From the NCBI GenBank assembly GCA_031283585.1, contig JAITBP010000002.1:1-32000 (forward strand): DNA of 32,000 bases. Direction: 5' to 3'. The notes below the pieces were generated by a model, which was not told the DNA's origin, searched no databases, and saw nothing but the letters and a program-made list of their open reading frames with translations. The first letter of the stretch is position 1. Each line of letters opens with the position of its first letter. Source of the stretch: Puniceicoccales bacterium (lineage in GTDB: Bacteria; Verrucomicrobiota; Verrucomicrobiia; Opitutales; LL51). The translations under genes were made by a program, and so were the position numbers. Below, piece by piece: positions 1-7,104 of the stretch.

Positions 1-786
1 AAATTGTATCGTTCCATTGAACTTATTCGATCGGCAACCGTAATGCTAAAGTCTATGTATGAATTTTGCAATAGTTATAATGTGAATATGTTTTGTATCG
101 ATTTCGACACCATACAGAACATACGGAATCTATTCGATGTAAATCAACATAATAAATATAATCGCTATTTTATAGATTTATATCGAATCGTGTGTCCTGA
201 AAATATAGACCAAGCAAATAATGATTCGATGGTTGACATAGTTAATGCGGCCATCAGTGAATCTTTAAAACAGGAATATCGACAACTATTAAATCCAGGC
301 AGATTAATTGCAGAACTGGATAACTTTAAAATAAATCTGCCAATCTGCCTAAATAGAATAGGTGCTATATATAATAAACTTTCATTCTGCTCTGGCTATG
401 TTGACGTAGTCAATAGTTCAATCAATAATCTGGCACAAATATCAAAAAATATCATGTCGATCCGTGAAGATATATCCAGGTTTATATTCGATGACATACA
501 TGAGTTGGAAAAAAATATGGACACTATAACTTTCATCCTAGCCAAGCATGATAATGAAGGATGGTTCAGAAAAAAAATCAGCAATAGGTTTGGTGGCAAC
601 AGAAACCCGTTTAGTGTTGTTAAAGAGACTATCGAAAAGATCCGTTCAATGCTTAAACTGCTTATCGGATCTTATAACGATTACAAATTCAACACACTTC
701 ATGGTTGCCTGAACAATCTAGAAGAATGGATCTCCTCGGATCCGCAAAAGCATGTCCTAAGAATCAAAATTAATCCGCCTGGTTAA
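1..786 (+). CDS. hypothetical protein with no recognisable homolog, possibly 5'-truncated by the window edge
   Basis: The frame is open from nt 1, with the first start-like codon (TTG) at 4 and the stop at 784-786. The Asn/Ile/Lys-rich product has no motif I recognise. The region is visibly more AT-rich than the adjacent ribosomal-protein genes. Confidence 0.4.
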   Translation, partial: KLYRSIELIRSATVMLKSMYEFCNSYNVNMFCIDFDTIQNIRNLFDVNQHNKYNRYFIDLYRIVCPENIDQANNDSMVDIVNAAISESLKQEYRQLLNPGRLIAELDNFKINLPICLNRIGAIYNKLSFCSGYVDVVNSSINNLAQISKNIMSIREDISRFIFDDIHELEKNMDTITFILAKHDNEGWFRKKISNRFGGNRNPFSVVKETIEKIRSMLKLLIGSYNDYKFNTLHGCLNNLEEWISSDPQKHVLRIKINPPG

Positions 787-879
787 AATTCGAAAGATTA
801 CTACCCACAACAATCCTATAATTAATCAGGATAACCGGTAGATAGTTGTGGACGAATGCACCGATTCAACAAAAAATGA

Positions 880-907
880 TTGACAGTACAAAACCGTACC
901 CTAGCTT
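880..907 (+). promoter_or_regulatory. candidate sigma70-type promoter of rplM-rpsI
   Basis: TTGACA (880-885), a 16-nt spacer, then TAGCTT (902-907), about 14 nt upstream of the rplM ATG. This is a consensus match only. Confidence 0.35.
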
Positions 908-920
908 TTGTATTTGTTTG

Positions 921-1358
921 ATGAAAACGACCTTGGTTAGTAAAGAAAGCAGCAGATCCAGCAGTTTATGGTATGTAGTCGATGCTAGTAATGTGGTTTT
1001 AGGCAAGCTCGCTGTTAAAATTGCCAATATTTTACGCGGAAAGGATAGACCTATATTCGCTCATCATATCGACTGTGGTGGCTTTGTCATAGTTACGAAT
1101 GCAGGCAGTGTAAAAACAACCGGTGAAAAAAATAGTAAGAAAAAATATATGTTCTATTCCATGTATAAAGGGAATGAGAAGCGTTTTAGTTTAGAAGCTA
1201 TGCGTAAACGTAATCCTGAATTTATAATAAAACATGCGGTGCAGGGTATGCTGCCCAGGAACAGACTTTCCAATGAACTTCTCAAAAAACTGAAGGTATA
1301 TCGGGGTAATGAACATCCCCATGAGGCTCAACAACCAGTAACTCTAACGTCCTTCTAG
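921..1358 (+). CDS. rplM: 50S ribosomal protein L13
   Basis: L13 signature 'WYVVDASNVVLGKLAVKIANILRGKDRPIFAHHIDCGGFVIVTNA' and '...KHAVQGMLPRNRL...KLKVYRG..HPHEAQQP'. ATG at 921 gives a typical 145 aa; the TTG at 846 in the ORF track adds a non-homologous N-terminus. Confidence 0.95.
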   Translation: MKTTLVSKESSRSSSLWYVVDASNVVLGKLAVKIANILRGKDRPIFAHHIDCGGFVIVTNAGSVKTTGEKNSKKKYMFYSMYKGNEKRFSLEAMRKRNPEFIIKHAVQGMLPRNRLSNELLKKLKVYRGNEHPHEAQQPVTLTSF

Positions 1359-1360
1359 TA

Positions 1361-1762
1361 ATGGCTATCGATTCTATTCAAGAGTTTGTGTCTATCGGCA
1401 GAAGAAAGACTGCCCGAGCCAGGGTTCGTCTGTCACCAGGAACAGGGAAAATCAAGGTGAATGGCAAAGATTTTGCCGAATATTTTCCCAATGAAGCTGA
1501 GCAAAAAGCAGCTTTGGCATCGTTGACCTTGGTTGAGAAGACTGACAAAGTTAACATTCGCATCCTTGTGGACGGAGGCGGTAAAAATGGCCAGGCCGGA
1601 GCTGTATGTCTAGGCATCGCCAGAGCCCTTCAGCTCATGGATAGTGGATTGAGATCCAAATTAAAAATGGCTGGACATTTGACAAGGGACGCTCGCATGC
1701 GCGAAAGGAAGAAACCAGGGCAGCCGGGAGCAAGAAAAAGATTTCAGTTTTCAAAACGCTAG
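1361..1762 (+). CDS. rpsI: 30S ribosomal protein S9
   Basis: 'GRRKTARARVRL..GTGKIKVNG' and the C-terminal 'TRDARMRERKKPGQPGARKRFQFSKR'. It starts 2 nt after the rplM stop, matching the conserved rplM-rpsI operon. Confidence 0.95.
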   Translation: MAIDSIQEFVSIGRRKTARARVRLSPGTGKIKVNGKDFAEYFPNEAEQKAALASLTLVEKTDKVNIRILVDGGGKNGQAGAVCLGIARALQLMDSGLRSKLKMAGHLTRDARMRERKKPGQPGARKRFQFSKR

Positions 1763-1881
1763 TTGCTCCACTAGTATAGGTTGTATTTCATGATTTGATC
1801 ATAAAGGCTGATTTGGCTTTTTTAGGTTATATTTTTGTTTAGAAGATCGCAAATTTGTGCATAATATCGGGGAATTCGTAT

Positions 1882-2802
1882 ATGCACATAGAAAATTTTA
1901 AAGTTTTCATCGATATAATCGAGACTAAAAGCTTTTCTAACGCCGCGAAACTAAACCATTTAACTCAATCAGCGGTCAGTCAAAAGCTACATACCATGGA
2001 GCAATACTTTGGAACTAACCTGATCGACAAGACGCACAAGTCATTAACCTTGACCCAGCAGGGCCAAAAACTACTCCAGCATGCAAAAAAAATTGTAACA
2101 AACTACTCATCACTTCGTGGTGAGCTAAATAATATAAATGGGAAAGTCAACGATAAACTACTTATTGGGACAACCTATATCATTGGTATGTACATAATTC
2201 CTCCCTATATTAGCGACTTTTTGAGGTCATCAAGATCAACCAAAATCCAGCTAATGTACTATTCTAATCATGAAAAAATCTGCGAGGACCTAATGGCTGA
2301 TGTCATAGATGTTGGTATCATAGAAGGAGATATCAAAAGCGCAGACATAAAAACACATGCTTTTGGCGAAGAAGAACTGGTAATCATAAGCTCAAAAATG
2401 TCGAAATTATATGGCAACAAAGAGATAGATCCTTTTGAATTAGAAAATATGGCTTTTGTAAAATTTTTACAAAATTCACCTAATCGGAATATAATCGATA
2501 ACATACTCAGTTCAAACAACATAAATACTCGAACATCCACAGAATTCGATAATATAGATTTGATAAAATGTGCCGTTGAAGCCAATCTCGGACCATCGAT
2601 CGTCCCGATTTCTTCGGTATATATGGAACTGGATAAACAGGTGTTTTACTGTTCGAGGATAAAGGATACAAAAATGCCATGCGTGTTGTCGTTTTTTTAT
2701 AAAAAAGACAGTTATGTAACATCAGCAATGAACGTATTTTTCGCTATATTGAAGGGAGACATCAACTTCCTGCACATTGGCAACACTCTTGAAGATAGCT
2801 AA
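1882..2802 (+). CDS. LysR-family transcriptional regulator
   Basis: N-terminal LysR HTH 'FKVFIDIIETKSFSNAAKLNHLTQSAVSQKLHTMEQYFGTNLIDKTHKSLTLTQQGQKLL' followed by a substrate-binding-domain length of about 200 aa. ATG at 1882 is preferred over the upstream start at 1855. Confidence 0.85.
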   Translation: MHIENFKVFIDIIETKSFSNAAKLNHLTQSAVSQKLHTMEQYFGTNLIDKTHKSLTLTQQGQKLLQHAKKIVTNYSSLRGELNNINGKVNDKLLIGTTYIIGMYIIPPYISDFLRSSRSTKIQLMYYSNHEKICEDLMADVIDVGIIEGDIKSADIKTHAFGEEELVIISSKMSKLYGNKEIDPFELENMAFVKFLQNSPNRNIIDNILSSNNINTRTSTEFDNIDLIKCAVEANLGPSIVPISSVYMELDKQVFYCSRIKDTKMPCVLSFFYKKDSYVTSAMNVFFAILKGDINFLHIGNTLEDS

Positions 2803-2819
2803 GCGAAAACAAGCCAACC

Positions 2820-3500
2820 ATGAAAAATAGCAATGGACACAGACAAAACCTGCGAGAAAGATTTCTGAAGGCCGGCTTTGATTGTTTTGCAGAACATGAA
2901 ATTCTAGAGCTGCTATTAACATTATGCATTCCAAGAAAAGATGTTAAGACCCAGGCCAAGGAATTACTACAACGGTTCGGCTCGTTAAGTGAGGTTTTAG
3001 ATGCTGATATTGAAAAATTGCAGGAAATAAAAGGCATAGGTAAAACCACGGCCATCGCCCTCCATATTATAAGGAACGCCGCCGCGCTGTACTTGCAAAA
3101 ATCGGCGGAAAACACCAGGGTAAAATTCGACACAACCTCAAAATTGGAAAATTTTTGGCAAATAAGGATTGGCCATTTAAACCACGAAGTGTTCGAGGTC
3201 GCCTACTTGGATAAGCAGTTGCGTCTGCTCAGGAACGGAATAGAAAGAATAGAAGAGGGAATCATCGACCGAGCTAACGTATTCCCTCGCAAGATAATAG
3301 AACATTCCATAAGAAAAGGAGCCTGCGGAATTGTTCTCGCGCATAATCACCCATCCGGCTCGGAACGGCCATCGGTCTCCGATGAGCGCATAACCAAATC
3401 CATCGTGTACATATGCAATTCACTTTGCATTCGCGTCCTAGACCATATAATAGTCGCTCGAAATTCGGTATTTTCGTTTAGAAGAGCCAACTTGTTGTAG
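2820..3500 (+). CDS. radC: RadC-family JAB/MPN-domain protein (UPF0758)
   Basis: N-terminal 'HRQNLRERFLKAGFDCFAEHEILELLL', a helix-hairpin-helix 'LQEIKGIGKTTAIAL', and the JAMM motif 'LAHNHPSGSERPSVSDERIT'. Confidence 0.9.
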   Translation: MKNSNGHRQNLRERFLKAGFDCFAEHEILELLLTLCIPRKDVKTQAKELLQRFGSLSEVLDADIEKLQEIKGIGKTTAIALHIIRNAAALYLQKSAENTRVKFDTTSKLENFWQIRIGHLNHEVFEVAYLDKQLRLLRNGIERIEEGIIDRANVFPRKIIEHSIRKGACGIVLAHNHPSGSERPSVSDERITKSIVYICNSLCIRVLDHIIVARNSVFSFRRANLL

Positions 3501-3521
3501 TTAAACATCTTAGTATTTTAT

Positions 3522-3878
3522 TCAAAAGGCACTTTTCCTTCTAATCAGGTTATCCACATAATCTCTCAGCTCTTCCAGCTGGGACCTTGGCCTATGGGAT
3601 AATAAATCGGTCACCCGATCCAAAAAGTCTGCGGGAGAATAATTTGCAGTCTCGAGCAGGTATAGCAAAATGCCATCTCGATGGATACGGTAGGATTTCC
3701 TTTTCTCCATGCCTTTCGGAGTCCGGCCGTTGGCCACGTGGCCAAGGATTTTTTGGTTATCAAAGGCATCCCGAACGTATTGGTCTGTCTTACCTATTAT
3801 TGATGCCATCTCCTTGGGCGAAAACCAGTTTTGGTGCGGAACCATAAATCCAAAATGATTATTATCGTTAACATTCAT
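3522..3878 (-). CDS. small DNA-binding protein, excisionase/MerR-like HTH (putative)
   Basis: 'FSPKEMASIIGKTDQYVRDAFDNQKILGH...YRIHRDGILLYL' resembles excisionase-type winged HTH domains. An AAGGA SD lies 8 nt upstream of the ATG. It starts 9 nt after the stop of the 74-aa ORF. Confidence 0.5.
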   Translation of the reverse strand: MNVNDNNHFGFMVPHQNWFSPKEMASIIGKTDQYVRDAFDNQKILGHVANGRTPKGMEKRKSYRIHRDGILLYLLETANYSPADFLDRVTDLLSHRPRSQLEELRDYVDNLIRRKSAF

Positions 3879-3887
3879 ATTTCATCC

Positions 3888-4112
3888 TTATAAAAAAAAT
3901 TTATCACATAACCCTGACATGGACAGTTTTATGGCCCTGATATTGCGATCCACTTTTCCGAGGGCAGCAGCATACTCGCGAAGTTTTGTTGCAGTGGTTT
4001 TATTTGGGATAAAGTCAGCAATAATGTCATATAATTCGACCCTATCGCTGACTTTTTCAGATTCCAGTTTCGTAAGAATATACTCGATTAACTTATATAC
4101 TGGGTCTTTCAT
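3888..4112 (-). CDS. hypothetical 74-aa protein, first gene of a two-gene minus-strand operon
   Basis: Open frame with a helical-looking product and no recognisable motif. The call rests on its position directly upstream of the 118-aa HTH gene and downstream of a candidate promoter. Confidence 0.4.
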   Translation of the reverse strand: MKDPVYKLIEYILTKLESEKVSDRVELYDIIADFIPNKTTATKLREYAAALGKVDRNIRAIKLSMSGLCDKFFL

Positions 4113-4190
4113 TTCATCTTTTGGTTCTATGAATTGGGCAGTTCACAGATATAAATCTATCACCTATTGATTTATTGAGGATAGAACTAA

Positions 4191-4256
4191 TTGCTAAAAA
4201 ACAAATTATTGTTATCATATCTCTCTATGATATGTAATTTTTACACTTTTTAGCAA
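4191..4256. promoter_or_regulatory. nested inverted repeats forming symmetric, overlapping face-to-face promoters or operators
   Basis: Outer inverted repeat TTGCTAAAAA (4191-4200) / TTTTTAGCAA (4247-4256); inner repeat TATCATA (4213-4219) / TATGATA (4226-4232). Plus strand: TTGCTA -35, 16 nt, TATCAT -10. Minus strand: TTGCTA -35, 18 nt, TATCAT -10. Confidence 0.45.
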
Positions 4257-4293
4257 AAATCAAACAAATTCTATCTTTAAGTAGAAAAATTTT

Positions 4294-4779
4294 ATGAAGC
4301 ACAAAAGAATAAGGGACAGTAGCTTCGGGCTAAGATTCAGGATATTGCTTGGGTATCATAACCTAACGCTTAGAGACATAAGCGAAGCAACTGGTGCAGC
4401 TGTCTCCACTGTCAGCACATGGAAAAATGGAAGAATTCCATCTTCCGAAAAAATTCTAGAAAAAATTGCAAAATTATTCCATGTAACCAAGGAATATCTG
4501 ACAAACGGTCATAACTGGGACTCCTATGCCGAACGGCCTGTGGCTAAATTGAATGAAATCATTAAGGAAATAGCCGGATCCGAGGCCAAGAAATGTGACA
4601 AAGAAAGCTTGAGAGCCAAAATAGAAAAACACTTTTCCGAATACTTGAACCGGGCTGAAACAACACGTTACGGCTTGGAACATACATGGATAGAGATCAC
4701 GAAACGTTTTCCACTCAGCTTTTTTGATGACATTCCTCCTGGACACGACAGATTAGCCGATGAGGATGAAAAGTTTTAG
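4294..4779 (+). CDS. XRE-family helix-turn-helix transcriptional regulator with an uncharacterised C-terminal domain
   Basis: 'FGLRFRILLGYHNLTLRDISEATGAAVSTVSTWKNGRIPSSEKILEKIAKLFHVTKEYL' is a classic XRE/Cro-cI HTH. About 90 further residues are of unknown function. Confidence 0.8.
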   Translation: MKHKRIRDSSFGLRFRILLGYHNLTLRDISEATGAAVSTVSTWKNGRIPSSEKILEKIAKLFHVTKEYLTNGHNWDSYAERPVAKLNEIIKEIAGSEAKKCDKESLRAKIEKHFSEYLNRAETTRYGLEHTWIEITKRFPLSFFDDIPPGHDRLADEDEKF

Positions 4780-4864
4780 AAATTAAAAGTTTTTGATAAA
4801 AAATCTGAACATATCAAAAAATTTAACGTCTCATATAATGTGAGGGAGAAATTCTCTCGTGTTC

Positions 4865-5701
4865 CTAAAGTTTAGTTTTATTCCTCGGATCGTCGCTAGT
4901 CGTCGGTCCGTAGTTTTTTACAATACAGCTAGCGATTTTTAAAGCTGACCCGTATTGCAACACTTCGCCCCGGGCATTTTCTTTCATAAATAGCTTACCT
5001 CCAGGCATTTCGACAATGACGTCATTTCCACAGATGTTCAACTTTTTTGATACGGCAAAGGCGGCACAGGCACCACTGCCAGAGGCCAGGGTATAGCCCA
5101 CACCGCGTTCCCATATCTGTATCTGTATCAATGAGTTCGATATCACCTTCAGGAATTGCACATTGGTCCGCCGAGGGAACAGTGGCAATCTTTCCACCAG
5201 TGGGCCGATCCTTTTTGTATTATCAACATCGAGATCATCCACATAGATCACGCAATGGGGATTTCCAAAGGACAGGGCATGCAACTCTACCACTTGACCA
5301 TCAATGTGTTGCAAAAAATCTGCCGGAGCAGGAATGTTTGTGTCGCTGAACCTCGGCCTTCCCATATTCACACATATTTCATCGCCAAATTTACTGCACC
5401 TAGACTCACCTGATGGCGTAGTTATAACCAGCTCGTCCGCCGACGTAATTCCTTCGTCCCAAACGAATTTCGCGAATATCCTCAGGCCGTTACCACTCTT
5501 CTCGGCAACGCTAGCATCCGGATTGAATATCTCAAGCTTGAACCTGTTGTCACCGAGTCTGTTACCGATCAGTACTCCGTCAGAGCCAATGCCATAATGA
5601 CTGTCACAGACGGTCCTTATGGTGGGAGCGTCCAACCCCCTGCCATCCTCATCTCTAAATATCAAGTAGGCATTCCCGAGGGCCTGATATTTTTCAAACA
5701 T
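4865..5701 (-). CDS. dapF: diaminopimelate epimerase homolog with Ser at both catalytic Cys positions
   Basis: DapF-like along its full length: 'ALGNAYLIF', 'IFNPDASVAEKSGNGLR', 'FGNPHCVIYVDD', 'FPRRTNVQF', 'WERGVGYTLASGSGACAA'. ATG at 5701; an alternative GTG lies at 5707. Confidence 0.85.
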   Translation of the reverse strand: MFEKYQALGNAYLIFRDEDGRGLDAPTIRTVCDSHYGIGSDGVLIGNRLGDNRFKLEIFNPDASVAEKSGNGLRIFAKFVWDEGITSADELVITTPSGESRCSKFGDEICVNMGRPRFSDTNIPAPADFLQHIDGQVVELHALSFGNPHCVIYVDDLDVDNTKRIGPLVERLPLFPRRTNVQFLKVISNSLIQIQIWERGVGYTLASGSGACAAFAVSKKLNICGNDVIVEMPGGKLFMKENARGEVLQYGSALKIASCIVKNYGPTTSDDPRNKTKL

Positions 5702-5794
5702 CAACACGATTGCGGGTTATAACCGCCACAAAAATGCTTGGCAACCAAAATATATTTGTTGCTAATGGGCTCTGTCGCTATTCATTACGAAACA

Positions 5795-7078
5795 ATGAAA
5801 ATATTTCTACCGGATTTTCCATTTTCTTCAAAAAATTTTACATTTTTCTATGGTTGGATGATTTTATTCGTCTCGACGATGGCAAAACTGGCAAGTCTTC
5901 CTGGGCACGTCGCCGGAATATGCGCATTTATAGAACCATTGATGAGCAGGTTGTGCATCAGCAGGAACGGCATAAGCACAATTTATGCGATTTGTTCCAT
6001 CCTGTCAGTGTCTTTTTTGCCATTTTTTGGCAGCAAATGCGATAGGATTGGGCCACGCAAAGCTCTGACAATTACATTGGCCTCTTTCGGGTTCTCTATG
6101 TTGTTGCTAGGGTTAATACTTAGCGAACACATACCATTAATACATCTGTCAAAAATTCTAAACATTACAATCCTGTCCCTTGGCGTTTTTGCACTTAAGT
6201 TCTTTGGTCAGAACCTGATACCAATGTTCAGTAGAATAATTCTACTTAATTGGTTTGAGAAAAAAAAATGCATAATGTTGGGTATCTCTGGCATATTTTT
6301 ATCCATCGGCTTTGGCATCGCTCCAAGTTTATTTAACTCGTTGATAGACAATGTTGGAATAGAATTTTCCTGGATAATAATCGCTGGCCTGATCCTGCTG
6401 GTCTTTACGCCAATCATATGGTTGTTCGGGCGAGACCACCCTGCGCAATTTGCCCTAACCCTGGATGGAGGCGAGTCCAACGAGAAAATCTGTCCAGACA
6501 AAGACATCTATCAGGCCATAAAATCCCCAGCATTTTGGCTGTTTACATTGGCCGGATCGATGGTCACGCTCCTAGGAACGGGGATACAATTCCATGTGGT
6601 CGACATCTTCCGGGAGTTTGGTTATGAAAAACAAAACGCGTTTAATTTTTTTAAACCTGTCTCCCTGGTGAGCGCACTTATGAGTCTAATATTCAGCTGG
6701 TTACAAGACAAAGTATCCCTGAAATACGGACTAATGTTATCATTTTTAATACAGATTTTATTATTAACAACGCTGGAATTCGGCAAAACCGATCTTGCCT
6801 ACTATCCTCTCGTATTTTTCATGGGGTGCAACTACGGGATGTACACCATCATGCTGTCAGCACCCTGGGCAAGATTGTTCGGCCGCAAGCACTTAGGAAA
6901 CATAATTGGCTTTGTTTCCCTAAGCGTTTCGATATTTAATGCCGTTAGCCCATACCTTATGAGCCTGTCAAAATCCATATTTTCAACCTATTTGATCGCC
7001 ACGAGATGCTTCATGGTTCTGGCCATAATCCTATTTTTGGCATCGATATTTTTTACAAAAGCATCGGATATGGACTGA
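5795..7078 (+). CDS. MFS-type transporter, substrate unknown
   Basis: About 12 predicted hydrophobic spans in a two-halves layout typical of the major facilitator superfamily. The start is ambiguous: ATG 5765 or 5795, and the ORF-track start is TTG 5738. It ends 26 nt before tgt. Confidence 0.8.
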   Translation: MKIFLPDFPFSSKNFTFFYGWMILFVSTMAKLASLPGHVAGICAFIEPLMSRLCISRNGISTIYAICSILSVSFLPFFGSKCDRIGPRKALTITLASFGFSMLLLGLILSEHIPLIHLSKILNITILSLGVFALKFFGQNLIPMFSRIILLNWFEKKKCIMLGISGIFLSIGFGIAPSLFNSLIDNVGIEFSWIIIAGLILLVFTPIIWLFGRDHPAQFALTLDGGESNEKICPDKDIYQAIKSPAFWLFTLAGSMVTLLGTGIQFHVVDIFREFGYEKQNAFNFFKPVSLVSALMSLIFSWLQDKVSLKYGLMLSFLIQILLLTTLEFGKTDLAYYPLVFFMGCNYGMYTIMLSAPWARLFGRKHLGNIIGFVSLSVSIFNAVSPYLMSLSKSIFSTYLIATRCFMVLAIILFLASIFFTKASDMD

Positions 7079-7104
7079 GCTAATTTTTTGGATTATATAT
7101 AGAT

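Noticed and set aside
846-920. The TTG start at 846, which gives a 170-aa L13.
   Set aside because: The extra 25 residues have no L13 homology and overlap the candidate promoter. ATG 921 gives the usual length.
3550-3558. A perfect DnaA-box consensus, TTATCCACA.
   Set aside because: It is a single copy inside a coding region, with no cluster of boxes, AT-rich unwinding element or dnaA/dnaN nearby. A lone 9-mer in 64 kb of two-strand sequence is plausible by chance.
4790-4820. The inverted repeat TTTTTGATA-N13-TATCAAAAA between the convergent XRE gene and dapF, considered as a bidirectional terminator.
   Set aside because: The stem is almost entirely A-U with a 13-nt loop, so it is thermodynamically weak. 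It could be chance in an AT-rich spacer.
6260-6268. An A9 homopolymer inside the MFS gene, and T8 tracts at about 10990-10997 and 18330-18337, considered as phase-variation switches.
   Set aside because: Runs of 8-9 A/T encoding Lys are common in AT-rich genomes. There is no evidence of length heterogeneity, and the genes are intact.
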